Below are positions 34,218 to 44,190 of a stretch of DNA of 64,000 nt, one piece after another; the first letter of the stretch is position 1, and each line of letters begins with the position of its first letter. The stretch covers positions 1,344,001 to 1,408,000 of the forward strand of contig CAWKMU010000003.1 of assembly GCA_963850905.1 (NCBI GenBank), given 5' to 3'. The notes beneath the pieces were generated by a model that saw nothing but the letters and a program-made list of their open reading frames with translations, made no database searches and was not told where the DNA came from. The DNA is from an uncultured Gemmatimonadales bacterium. GTDB taxonomy: Bacteria; Gemmatimonadota; Gemmatimonadetes; Gemmatimonadales; Gemmatimonadaceae. The position numbers and the translations under genes were made by a program.

Positions 34218-37059
34218 ATGTCGCATAATGTTGCTGCACTGTCCCGAGACGAGCTTGAGCTGGCTCGGCGTCTCCTGGACAAAGCGCCCGCGATGCTGGC
34301 GTATTGGGGCGCGGATTTGCGCTGCCGGTTTGCCAACCACGCATACGAGCGGTGGTTCGGTGCATCCCCCGGAGAGCTCGTCGGGAAGCACGCGAGGGAC
34401 GTGCTGGGGCCCACACTGTACGAGCAAAACCTTGCGTGCATGGAGGGTGCGCTGCGCGGCGAACCGCAAGAGTTCGAACGCGAGCTGCGTAATCCCTTGG
34501 GGGGACCATCGCGTTACAGCCTGGCCAACTACGCCCCCGATATCGTCGAGGGCACGGTGCGCGGATTCGTGGCTCTCGTCACCGACATTTCGGAGATTCA
34601 ACGCGCCAGGGTAGCGCTGGAGGAGTCCGAAGCCCGATTCTCGGGCATCGTCTCGACCTCTGCCGACGCGATCATTCTCGCTTGACGCGGATCAGCGAAT
34701 CGTGCTGTTCAACCGAAGCGCCCAGAAGACATTCGGATGGATGGCGTCGGAGGCGGTCGGCCAGTCGTTCGACATCCTCGTTCCAGAGCGCTTCCGTGGG
34801 GAGTACCACGAGTACCTGCGGTGGTTTGCGAACAGCGAGATCGAGGGGCCGCGTGCGGGTGCGGGAAGCCCTTCGCTCATCGGCGTGCGCAAAAACCGGA
34901 AAGAGTTCCCGGCAGAGGTGTCGCTGTCGAAACTCAGAATGGGCGGCACGGTCATCCTGACTGCGGCACTGCGCGATATCAGCGAACGAAAGCGAAGAGA
35001 GGACGAGAGTCAGGCGACGAACGTCAAGCTGCGTGAGTCTGAGGAGCGGTTTCGCCTGACATTCGAAGAGGCGCCGATCGGCATGGCGTTGGTAGCGCCG
35101 GACGGTCGATTCGTTCGGGTCAATCACGCGCTGTGCGAGATCCTGGGCTACACGGCGCGTGAAATGATGGGCCTCACCTTCCAGGCCATCACCCACCCCG
35201 ATGACGTCGATGCCGATGTGGCGGTGGCCGGCCAGCTCAACCGCGGAGAGGTCTCGCGCTACCACCGGGAAAAACGCTATATCCGCAAGGACGGCAGCGT
35301 CGTGGACATCATGCTCAGTGTGTCAATTGCTCGCGATCGTGATGGTGCGCCCCTCCACCACATCGCGCAAATCGAAGACATCACCGAACGCAAGCGGTTG
35401 GAGAACGCACTGCGTCTTGCGGAAGCGAAGAGTTCAGGGATTCTCTCGATTTCGGCTGATGCGATCATCTCGATTGACGGGCACCAGCGGATTACGATGT
35501 TCAACGAAGGCGCCGAAAAGACGTTCGGGTACACGCGCGCAGAGGCTATCGGCATGCCTCTGGAGCAGTTGATTCCCGAACGCTTCCGAGCAGCCCACCG
35601 AGAGCACGTCGACGCGTTTGCCAGCGGGCCGCAGTCTGCCCGGCGCATGGGCGGGCGCAAGGCAGACATTTTTGGCCTCCGGAAAAACGGCGAGGAATTT
35701 CCCGCCAACGCCGCAATCTCCAAGCTCGCCATCGACGGAGCTTCTGTTGTGACGGTCGCACTCCGCGACGCGACCGAGCAAAAGCGAGTCGAGAACGAGC
35801 AGCGGTTCCTTGCGCAGATAGGCCCGGTGCTCGCGAGCAGCCTTTCGTACGAAGACACCCTGACCGAAGTGGCGGAGCTGGCCGTCCGCGACCTGGCGGA
35901 CATTTGCCTCGTCGAGGTCGTCGAAGAGACCGGAGACATCGGGTGGGTCAGGGTCGCGAGTCGAGATCGCTCCAAGCTATGGCTCACCAGCGCGCTCGAG
36001 GGGTCGAGGCTCAACGGGAGCCGAACACGACTGTTTCCAACCGTCCTGGAGAGGAAATGCGCGGTTCTCATGCGCCGGCCCACGGTCCAGGCGATGGTCT
36101 CGCTCGCCGGCAACGAACAACAGGGGCAAGCCCTGGTCGCGGCTGGAGTAAGAACGGTGGTGGTGGCGCCGCTCGTCGCCGGAGAGAAGCTCCTCGGAGC
36201 GATCGCCTTCATGGGATCCGCAGGCTCGGGGGGCTACGGGCCGGCGGACCTTCGATTAGCCGAGGAGGTCGCGCACCGAGCCGCAGTGTCGGTCGAGAAC
36301 GCCCTGCTGTATCGGGCCGCTCGAAGAGCGACGCAGGCGCGAGATGATGTGCTGGCCATTGTCGCTCATGACCTTCGGAACCCCCTCAATACCATCGTCA
36401 TGGCGGCGGGTTCCCTCGGACCACCGCATGGTGAGCCCGAACGCCGGTCGGATCGCCCGGGAATGTTCATCGAACGCGCCGCAACACGCATGAATCGTCT
36501 GATCGAAGATATCCTGGACGTCTCCAGTATCGACGCGGGGCAGCTCTCCATGGAGTTGGGTGAGGTTGCCCCGAGAGAGATCATTGCCGAGGCCATCGAG
36601 TCTCAACAGCCGATTGCGGCGGCCGCGTCGCTCGAGCTGCGACAAGATGTCTCAGCGCGGCTCCCCGTCATCACGGCCAATCACGACCGGCTTCTGCAAG
36701 TCTTCGAGAACTTGATTGGGAATGCGATCAAATTCACGGAGCGCGGCGGATACATCACGCTCGGCGCGGCGCCGAGGGCGGGCGAGGTGCTCTTCTGGGT
36801 GAGGGACACGGGGTGCGGCATCGCGGAGGAGGAGTTGCCTCACGTGTTCGATCGATTCTGGCAGGGCAAACGACAGCAGGGACGCGGCGGAGGTCTCGGC
36901 CTGCCGATCGTCAAGGGAATCATCGACGCACACCAGGGGCGTGTCTGGGTGCAGAGCAGGCCGGGCCATGGGAGCACGTGCTTCTTCACGATTCCGACCG
37001 CAGGTGCGTCGGAGGTGCCCGAAACACGGGTGGGCGCGCCCGACGTATCGGTGTCCTGA
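34218..37059 (+). CDS. Multi-PAS/GAF sensor histidine kinase; frameshift near 34678
   Basis: Four PAS repeats, a GAF, AHDLRNPL, ENLIGNAIKF, DTGCGI, GLGL. The SADAIISLD motif (compare the later SADAIISID) is broken by one extra base. Confidence 0.9.
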
Positions 37060-37063
37060 TCCC

Positions 37064-37784
37064 TCAGCTCTTCGCGATCATCCACCGCACGCGCTCGCGC
37101 GCCGTGATGCGCGCGACCGGATACGGTGAGTGGGGCGAGGTGCCGTCCGCGCGCACGTGTTCGATGATGGGCCGCTTGTCGGCGCCAGCTGCGAGGATCA
37201 GCGTCTCGAGTGCCGCATTCGAGCACAGGATACGTCAGGGTGACGCGCGCGCGCGTTGTCGTCACATCCGACGGTGCCTCCGCCGGCACGGCCCATCGCG
37301 CGCGCTCGTCGAGCGCGGGGCTGCCCGGGAATAATGACGCGGTGTGCCCGTCCGTGCCGACGCCGAGCAAGACGACATCAAAGGTCACGGGATCCAGCCC
37401 GGGGAAGGCCGTGTGGAGCAGCGCATCGTACTCTTGTGCTGCTACCTTGGCTCCTCGTTCCCCAGCGATCCGGTAGGTCCGCGCTTCGAGACCAGGGACG
37501 TGGGCCAGCAGGCTCTCGCGCGCCATCCCGTAGTTGCTGTCGGGATTGGTCGGCGGTACACACCGCTCGTCACCAAAAAACAGCTGTGAGAGCGACCACG
37601 GGATGCGAGTGCGATAGTCCGTCGCCAGGAGGCGATAGAGTGTGCGCGGCGTCGAGCCACCGGACAGGGCGAGGGCGAAACGCCCGCGCGAAGCGACGGC
37701 GCGATGGGCCGCGACCTCAATCGCGTCCGCTGCCGCCCGACTCAACGCGTTCGCATCGGCGTAGTCCGTGAAGTCCTCTTGCAT
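37064..37784 (-). CDS. pgl: 6-phosphogluconolactonase; frameshift near 37220
   Basis: ALSGGSTP, FGDERCVP, SNY, LLGVGTDGHTASLFP, RVTLT. The corrected C-terminus ETLILAAGADKR...RWMIAKS ends at 37064. Confidence 0.9.
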
Positions 37785-39319
37785 CAGGCGGCAGCGCCCG
37801 CTTCCTCCAGCGTCCGATGCGACTCCGTTCCCTCTCGCGGCTCGCGATCGGGAACCACGATGCCCGCTTCGGCTGGACCCCACGTCCCGGCCGCATAGGG
37901 GAAAGGCGGCGTCGGTAGATCGAGCAGTGGCGTGTACATCCGCCACGACGTCTCGACTTCATCGGCGTGGACGAACAGCGTCTGGTCACCGCGCAGGAGA
38001 TCGAGCAGCAGCGTCTGGTACGCCTCGGGCAGTGTCTTGAACTCCTCGTCGTACGCGAAATGCAGGGTCAGGCGTTGCAGACGGAACGGATCGCCCGGCG
38101 CCTTGACATCGAAGAAGAGCAGAAAGCCTTCGTTCGGCTGCACCGTGATCACGAGCGTGTTCGCCTGAGGTGACGCACTGGCGACCGAGCGGAACATCCA
38201 GACCGGTGCCTTGCGGAAGCGCACGCGGATCTCCGTGAGGCGGCGGGCCATTCGCTTGCCCGTGCGGAGGTAGAACGGCACGCCTTGCCAGCGCCAGTTG
38301 TCCACGCAGATGCGCAGCGCCGCGAACGTTGGAGTCGTCGACGTGGGCGAGACTCCGGGCTCTTCACGATACCCAGGTACTGGCTTGCCGCCGATTTTCC
38401 CTGCGGTGTACTGGCCAAAGACGGCATCCATCGGCCCGATGGCAGCGATCGAACGGAGCGCCTTCACCTTCTCTTCGCGAATAGCTCCGGCTTCGAACGC
38501 GGTCGGAACCTCCATGGCAACGAGCGCGAGCAACTGCGTCAGGTGGCTCTGCACCATGTCGCGCAGCGCGCCCGCCTGCTCGTAGTAGGCGGCCCGTTGC
38601 TCGACACCAAGCTCCTCGGCGACGGTGATCTCGACGCTCTCGATATGATCACGGTTCCACAGCGACTCGAACATCGCGTTCGCAAAGCGGAACACGAGGA
38701 GATTCTGAACGGTCTCTTTGCCGAGATAGTGGTCGATGCGGTAGACCTGTGATTCATCGAAGAACTGGTGCAGCAGGCGATTGAGCTCTTGCGCCGAGGG
38801 CAAATCCCGGCCGAACGGCTTCTCGATGACAATGCGAGTCCAGCCCGAGCTGTGGTTCAGTTTCGCGGCGCCAAGACCGGCGATCGTCGAGGCAAATGCT
38901 TGTGGAGGGAGCGCCAGATAGAAGGCGCGGTTCCCCGGCAGTCCGCGGTCATGCTCGATCCGCTCAATGCGATCGCGGAGGGAGACGTATTCCGACGGGT
39001 CCCCGGCGACGGTTGGCTGATAGAAGACCCACTGATCGACCCAAGCGGCGACGTCGGCCGGCTTGCCGACGTCTGCCGGAATGGAGTCACGCACGAGCGC
39101 GCGAAACCCCGCCTCGTCCGAGCCGCGCGAGACACCGAGAATCACGAGGCCGCGCGAGGTGAGGTCGTGCGCGTGCAGCTGCCATAATGCGGGAAGGATC
39201 TTGCGTCGGGCGAGGTCTCCGGTCGCGCCAAAAATCACGAAGACGGCGGGCTCGACCGCTTCTGCTTGGGCAGCAGCCCCGTCCGGGCTTGGTGCGGCGG
39301 TAATCGAGGGCGGACTCAT
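37784..39319 (-). CDS. zwf: Glucose-6-phosphate 1-dehydrogenase
   Basis: FGATGDLA, IEKPFG, RIDHYLGKE, RDMVQSH, RWQGVPFYLRTGK. Confidence 0.96.
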   Translation of the reverse strand: MSPPSITAAPSPDGAAAQAEAVEPAVFVIFGATGDLARRKILPALWQLHAHDLTSRGLVILGVSRGSDEAGFRALVRDSIPADVGKPADVAAWVDQWVFYQPTVAGDPSEYVSLRDRIERIEHDRGLPGNRAFYLALPPQAFASTIAGLGAAKLNHSSGWTRIVIEKPFGRDLPSAQELNRLLHQFFDESQVYRIDHYLGKETVQNLLVFRFANAMFESLWNRDHIESVEITVAEELGVEQRAAYYEQAGALRDMVQSHLTQLLALVAMEVPTAFEAGAIREEKVKALRSIAAIGPMDAVFGQYTAGKIGGKPVPGYREEPGVSPTSTTPTFAALRICVDNWRWQGVPFYLRTGKRMARRLTEIRVRFRKAPVWMFRSVASASPQANTLVITVQPNEGFLLFFDVKAPGDPFRLQRLTLHFAYDEEFKTLPEAYQTLLLDLLRGDQTLFVHADEVETSWRMYTPLLDLPTPPFPYAAGTWGPAEAGIVVPDREPREGTESHRTLEEAGAAA

Positions 39320-40299
39320 GCCGACCGCCCTCCCGCTGTTTGTGCGGCCCCGGCCCGGCCTGCCCCCGATGCGTTTGCCGCGGGAGTCTCCGAGGGCTCT
39401 GTCTTGATCGCATGGCCACCGAACTGATTCCGGAGCGCGGCGAGCATCTTGTCCGAGTACGAGTCGGTGTCGCGCGAGCGAATTCGCTCGATCAGCGACT
39501 GGGTAATGATCGGCGCCGGCACGTTGAGATCGATAGCGTCCGCGACGGTCCAGCGGCCTTCGCCTGAATCGGCGACGTACGGCGCAATGCCGTCGAGTGA
39601 CGGGTTCTCCCGCAGGGCGTTGGCGGCAAGATCCAGCAGCCATGATCGGACGACGCTCCCGTAGCGCCATATGTCGGCGATCTGGGCGACGTCGAGGTGA
39701 AACTCCTCTTTGTGGCGGAGGATCGAGAATCCTTCGGCATAGGCTTGCATGAGACCGTACTCGATGCCGTTGTGGACCATCTTCACATAGTGGCCTGCGC
39801 CGCTTGGCCCGACGCGGGCCCATCCGCGGTCGGGGGCCGGCGCCAGCGTCTCGAAAATCGGGCGCAGTCGATTCACCGTGGCCGCGTCGCCGCCGATCAT
39901 GAGGCTGTACCCCTCTTTCAGCCCCCAGATGCCGCCACTCGTGCCCGCGTCGATAAACTGGATGCCGCGAGTTGCGAGCTCCGCGGCGCGCCGCATGCCA
40001 TCCTTGTAGTTGCTATTCCCACCATCGATGATGGCGTCACCGCGCCCGAGGAGTCGGCCCAGCGCCTGGATTGTGCTTTCCGTGGGGTCTCCGGCCGGGA
40101 CCATGACCCACACCGCCCGAGGTGGTGTGAGTCGTGCGACGAGGTCGTCGAGGGACGCAGCGCCGCTCGCGCCTCCAGCCACTGACGTCGCAACCGCCTT
40201 GGAATCACGATCGTACACGATGACGCGATGTCCACCCTCGATGAGGCGCGTCGTCATGTTGGCGCCCATTCGGCCCAAACCAACCATCCCTAGTTCCAT
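39316..40299 (-). CDS. gnd: 6-phosphogluconate dehydrogenase (short, decarboxylating)
   Basis: GLGRMG, IDGGNS, DAGTSGG, VKMVHNGIEYG, RNQFGGH. Confidence 0.95.
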   Translation of the reverse strand: MELGMVGLGRMGANMTTRLIEGGHRVIVYDRDSKAVATSVAGGASGAASLDDLVARLTPPRAVWVMVPAGDPTESTIQALGRLLGRGDAIIDGGNSNYKDGMRRAAELATRGIQFIDAGTSGGIWGLKEGYSLMIGGDAATVNRLRPIFETLAPAPDRGWARVGPSGAGHYVKMVHNGIEYGLMQAYAEGFSILRHKEEFHLDVAQIADIWRYGSVVRSWLLDLAANALRENPSLDGIAPYVADSGEGRWTVADAIDLNVPAPIITQSLIERIRSRDTDSYSDKMLAALRNQFGGHAIKTEPSETPAANASGAGRAGAAQTAGGRSA

Positions 40300-41060
40300 A
40301 CGCCAGCTTCCTCTCGAGTAATGAGGCTCCCGCGCACCACCGCTTCGAGCTTCGTTGGATCGTCGACGATCTGGACACCGGGGAGCGGCTCGGCCGCGTG
40401 CACGGCGTCGCGCGTCAAGTCATTGGTCGATGCCACACAGTGCATGCCTGCGGCGATCGCGGCCCGCACGCCGGGCAACGAGTCCTCGACGGCGAGACAC
40501 TGCGCGGGTGGGATTGCCAGCCGCCGCGCGGCCAGCAGATAGATCTCCGGGTCGGGCTTGCCGTGCACGACGTCATCGATCGTGATGATCACATCGAATT
40601 GGTCGCGCAGGTGCAGTGCGTCGAGCACGATCATCGCCTGTGCCCGGTGTGAGACCGTGGTCAGCGCGACCGGATACCCATCGGCCTTGAGGTGCCGGAC
40701 GAGCGCGGTCGCGTACGGTAGTTCCTGATGTCTGAGCCGCGCCGGGTCGGCGAGCATCTTCTCGTAGATCTTCATCCGCAGTGCCACGAACGCATCCCGC
40801 GGAGTCGCGGCGCCCACTTGCTGCTGGATGCGGGAGGCGGCATCGGCAAGTCCAAAACGGTCGAGCAGCGTCTGCGCCACCTCGTCGCGTGGCCGACCAA
40901 TGCAGTGATCGAACGCGTCAATCACGGCCTGTGGTTCGACGGCGCCTGGCCGGAGCTCTGCCGCCGCACGTGCGTAGGACTCGGCCTTGAGTGACTCAGT
41001 CTGGACCAGCGTGCCGTCCAGGTCGAAAATCACTGCGCGCGCGACCGCGGCTGCACACAC
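40290..41060 (-). CDS. HAD family phosphatase (beta-PGM-like)
   Basis: FDLDGTL, KPDPEIY, VEDSLPG. Confidence 0.9.
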   Translation of the reverse strand: MCAAAVARAVIFDLDGTLVQTESLKAESYARAAAELRPGAVEPQAVIDAFDHCIGRPRDEVAQTLLDRFGLADAASRIQQQVGAATPRDAFVALRMKIYEKMLADPARLRHQELPYATALVRHLKADGYPVALTTVSHRAQAMIVLDALHLRDQFDVIITIDDVVHGKPDPEIYLLAARRLAIPPAQCLAVEDSLPGVRAAIAAGMHCVASTNDLTRDAVHAAEPLPGVQIVDDPTKLEAVVRGSLITREEAGVWN

Positions 41061-41063
41061 GGA

Positions 41064-42743
41064 TCAGGACACCAGACTTGCGATGCGGTTGATGTCTTGC
41101 GGGATGTGGTCGGGATCGGCCCGCAGGACACGTCGGCCGCGATCGATCAGCGCTTGGCGATCGCCGAGTGCCTGCGCGACCTTGAGCACGCCGAAGGTAA
41201 TGTGCGAGGCATCACTGTCGACGCTGTCGGGGATGGGCACGTCTGGCACCGGTGGCGGCGTCACCATCTGGAGAAACACACCATGCCCGCCATCGCCTTT
41301 GTGCAGCTGTCCGGTCGAGTGTAGAAAGGTCGGACCATAGCCGACGGTAGTGGCCACGCGGTATCGGTCCCGGATCGCGACGCGGACTTGTCGGAGCGCT
41401 GCCGACGCGACGAGGGTCGGCTCGACGTACGCCTGCAAGGCGACGTAATCGCCGGGTTTCACCTGCTCGAGGAACCGGCGCACGAGCTCGGCCGCGCTAT
41501 CGGGTTTCGCTGGCGCCGTGCCGGCTACGTAGACTGTCAACCCGTCACCATGCGCGGTAGGCGGGAGCGGCGGCAGCGCGCCCGAGCTCTCATATGTCTT
41601 CACCATTTGGCGAGCCAGCACCTTGGCTGCCTCCACGTTGGGCTGGTCGAAGGGGTTGATGCCGAGGCGCCAGCCGGCGATGGCCGTGGCGAGCTCCCAG
41701 ATGAAGAATTGCGCGCCGAGGTCGTAGGGGGTCGACAGCTCGAACCGGACGATCGGGTGGCCGGCGGCGCGCAAGGCCTCGAGGGCCGCGTCATGCGTGG
41801 TGTCGGTGCCGACGCGCAGGTGCACGAACAACCGATCCTTCCCGTACACCTCCGGAATCCCCAGCGGCTCGTCGGCGATCGGCACGATGCCCTTGCCCTC
41901 CTTGCCCGTGCTCTCCGCCAGTAGTTGCTCAGCCCACGACGCGAACGCGGCGATGGAAGGCGAGAGCGCGAATGTCACTTTGTCGACGGCGCGGGTGGCG
42001 AGCTCGCCCAGGATGACGCCCAACTTGGCGGCCGGCGCCGTCTCGTGCTCCGCCGCCGTGGCGCGGTCGAGCAGGCGCGGAAGGTCCGCGCCGATCAGCG
42101 CCGCGGGCACGAGACCGAAGTGCGACAAGGCAGAGTAGCGTCCGCCGATATTGGGGTCGTTCAGAAAGGTCCGTCTGAACCCGCACTGCTTGGCGACATT
42201 GACCAGGTCGCTGCCGGGATCCGTGATGGCAATGAAATGCGCGCCGGCGGCCGCGGTCCCGAGCGCCCGTACCGTCCACCGGTAGAAGTACCGGAAGAAG
42301 GAGAACGTCTCGACGGTGCCGCCGCTCTTGGTCGAGACAATGAAGAGGGTGCGTGCCGGATCGAGTCGCCGCGCGTTGGCGGCCACCGCTCCCGGGTCGG
42401 TGCTGTCCAGCACGGCCAGATCGAGATACCCGTTGGCCACCCCGAACGTCCGCCGGAACACCTCGGGCGCGAGGCTCGAGCCGCCCATCCCGAGGAGTAG
42501 CGCGTCAGTGTACCCCGCCGCCCGCACCTCATCGACGAGCCGGTCGATGTCTGGCAGCTCGCTTCGCATGCGGTCGGCGATGGTCAGCCAACCAAGCCGG
42601 TTCGTGATTTCGGTCGGCGCCGGCTTCCAGACCGTGTAGTCGCCACGCGTGATGCGGGCGAGGATTTGGTCCTTGTCGAAACGAGCCGCGGTTTCCGCTA
42701 CGGCTGAAGCAAAGGTTCCGAGATCAGCGTGCATGATCGTCAT
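41064..42743 (-). CDS. pgi: Glucose-6-phosphate isomerase (type found in tal-pgi fusions)
   Basis: RLGWL, GMGGSSLAPE, STKSGGTVET, GGRYSALS, EQLLAESTGKEGKG, NPFDQPNVE, HSTGQLHKG. Confidence 0.88.
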   Translation of the reverse strand: MTIMHADLGTFASAVAETAARFDKDQILARITRGDYTVWKPAPTEITNRLGWLTIADRMRSELPDIDRLVDEVRAAGYTDALLLGMGGSSLAPEVFRRTFGVANGYLDLAVLDSTDPGAVAANARRLDPARTLFIVSTKSGGTVETFSFFRYFYRWTVRALGTAAAGAHFIAITDPGSDLVNVAKQCGFRRTFLNDPNIGGRYSALSHFGLVPAALIGADLPRLLDRATAAEHETAPAAKLGVILGELATRAVDKVTFALSPSIAAFASWAEQLLAESTGKEGKGIVPIADEPLGIPEVYGKDRLFVHLRVGTDTTHDAALEALRAAGHPIVRFELSTPYDLGAQFFIWELATAIAGWRLGINPFDQPNVEAAKVLARQMVKTYESSGALPPLPPTAHGDGLTVYVAGTAPAKPDSAAELVRRFLEQVKPGDYVALQAYVEPTLVASAALRQVRVAIRDRYRVATTVGYGPTFLHSTGQLHKGDGGHGVFLQMVTPPPVPDVPIPDSVDSDASHITFGVLKVAQALGDRQALIDRGRRVLRADPDHIPQDINRIASLVS

Positions 42744-43216
42744 GGTCGAACCGGTGACGTGGGACCTCCAGCAAACCGTTCCTCGATCGCGTGCACTTTG
42801 GCGAGCCGGCGCAGGTGGCGGTCCTCGCCGCTGAATCGAGCCCGGAGGAAGACGCGAGCGAGTTCCTTGGCAAGCTCCGCACCGATCACGCGGGCGCCGA
42901 GCACCAGGATGTTCATATCGTCGTGCTCGACGCCCTGGTGCGCCGAGTAGCTGTCGTGGCAGACCGCGGCACGGACGCCGGGCACTTTGTTGGCCGCGAC
43001 CGACGCGCCGACTCCACTTCCACAGAACAGTACGCCGCGTTCGGCTCGTCCGTTCACAACGTGGAGGGCGAGCTTCTCGGCGAAGTCCGGGTAGTCGACC
43101 GGCGCCGTCGAATCAGTGCCGAGGTCGTCGACCTCGTGCCCATCGGCGCGAAGCGCGCTGATGACCTCCCATTTCCGATCGACACCGGCGTGATCGGACG
43201 CGACGGCGATGTGCAT
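42740..43216 (-). CDS. rpiB: Ribose-5-phosphate isomerase B
   Basis: ASDHAG, DYPD, CGSGVG, ANKVPG, HDDMN, RHLRR; start MHIAVAS at 43216. Confidence 0.95.
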   Translation of the reverse strand: MHIAVASDHAGVDRKWEVISALRADGHEVDDLGTDSTAPVDYPDFAEKLALHVVNGRAERGVLFCGSGVGASVAANKVPGVRAAVCHDSYSAHQGVEHDDMNILVLGARVIGAELAKELARVFLRARFSGEDRHLRRLAKVHAIEERFAGGPTSPVRP

Positions 43217-43302
43217 GGAGGAATCGTAATAGGCACTTGGACAGGGGCGAATCGAGAGCACCCGCACCCTCCCGCCGACAGGACCGGGGCTTGCGTTTTC
43301 AT

Positions 43303-43341
43303 GTGACCGTGTCGTGACGTTGTGTGACAAACATGTTACAC
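43303..43341. promoter_or_regulatory. Candidate transcription-factor operator (phased GTNAC repeats/palindrome)
   Basis: GTGAC at 43303, 43314 and 43324 and GTTAC at 43335 (spacing 11/10/11); GTGTGAC-N6-GTTACAC is near-palindromic. Confidence 0.45.
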
Positions 43342-43391
43342 TACGCCTCTGGACAATGTTGTCATCGAAGCGACGGGCGCGGAGCGGAACA

Positions 43392-43904
43392 ATGGGAGCG
43401 TGTGGACGGGTGGGAGCGGCTGCTGTGGTGGCGGCGATGGCTGCGGGTGCGGTTGCGTGTGGCACAGGGAACTTGCCCAAGCCCGATTCTCGGCTGGGCC
43501 AGGGGATGCCGTTTGCGGTGGTCGACATTCGGCCGGGCGCTGGAAGCATGGCGGAGCAACTCGCCAGGGCCGCGGACGACGCGGCGCGGGCCAATCTTCG
43601 CCCCTATGTCGAGCTCACATCAGAGTGGTGCCGGGCGTGCCACTTCCTCGACCACAGCTTCTCGAAGCATTCCGTGGCCCAGGCGTTTGGTGGCACGTAC
43701 ATCGTCCGCGTGGATGTCGACCACTGGGAAGGGCTGCTCGGTGGTACTGGACTCGACAACCACGACGGCGGACCGCTCCCAGCGTTCATCGCGCTCAGCC
43801 AACGCGGGCACCCGATCGGAGAGTGGGTGGACCGCACCGACTGGGCCTCCGATGTCCCCGAGCTGGCCGCGGCGGTATTGGCGGATTTCTTTCACTGGCC
43901 GTGA
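43392..43904 (+). CDS. Thioredoxin-fold lipoprotein
   Basis: Signal peptide ending in an AVAC lipobox; SEWCRAC redox motif; GGAG RBS. Confidence 0.7.
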   Translation: MGACGRVGAAAVVAAMAAGAVACGTGNLPKPDSRLGQGMPFAVVDIRPGAGSMAEQLARAADDAARANLRPYVELTSEWCRACHFLDHSFSKHSVAQAFGGTYIVRVDVDHWEGLLGGTGLDNHDGGPLPAFIALSQRGHPIGEWVDRTDWASDVPELAAAVLADFFHWP

Positions 43905-43965
43905 GCGCTTGCTTCGCTCGCGCTAGAGAGTAGAAGCACAGAAAAGGGGGACGTCGCGTAACGAA

Positions 43966-44190
43966 AGGCCGGGTGACGGGTAACGGGTCACGGAACTGCA
44001 ACGTCCACTGCAAACACCGGGCGGGCCGAAGCCCGCCCCTACATGTTGCTGCGGGCAGCTTCACATCCGGATTCGTCGACCGACACCGGCAAACGTCGCC
44101 GCGGCGCTCCAGAAAGTCACCGTCCATTCCGACATGTAGGGGCGGCCTTCAGGCCGCCCAGCATTGGCGACGCGATGTTGTAGTCACCCG
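43966..44190 (+). repeat. REP doublet (REPIN-like), type B copy 2, with heptamer arm
   Basis: AAGGCCGGGTGACGGGTAACGGGTCACGGAACTGCAACG arm; REPs at 44019-44042 and 44136-44159 (93-nt spacer). Confidence 0.9.

Noticed and set aside
23290..34690. TGA codons at 23294 (kinase) and 34683 (PAS kinase) as possible Sec/readthrough sites
   Set aside because: Homology continues in a different frame rather than past the TGA, so these are frameshifts, not recoding.
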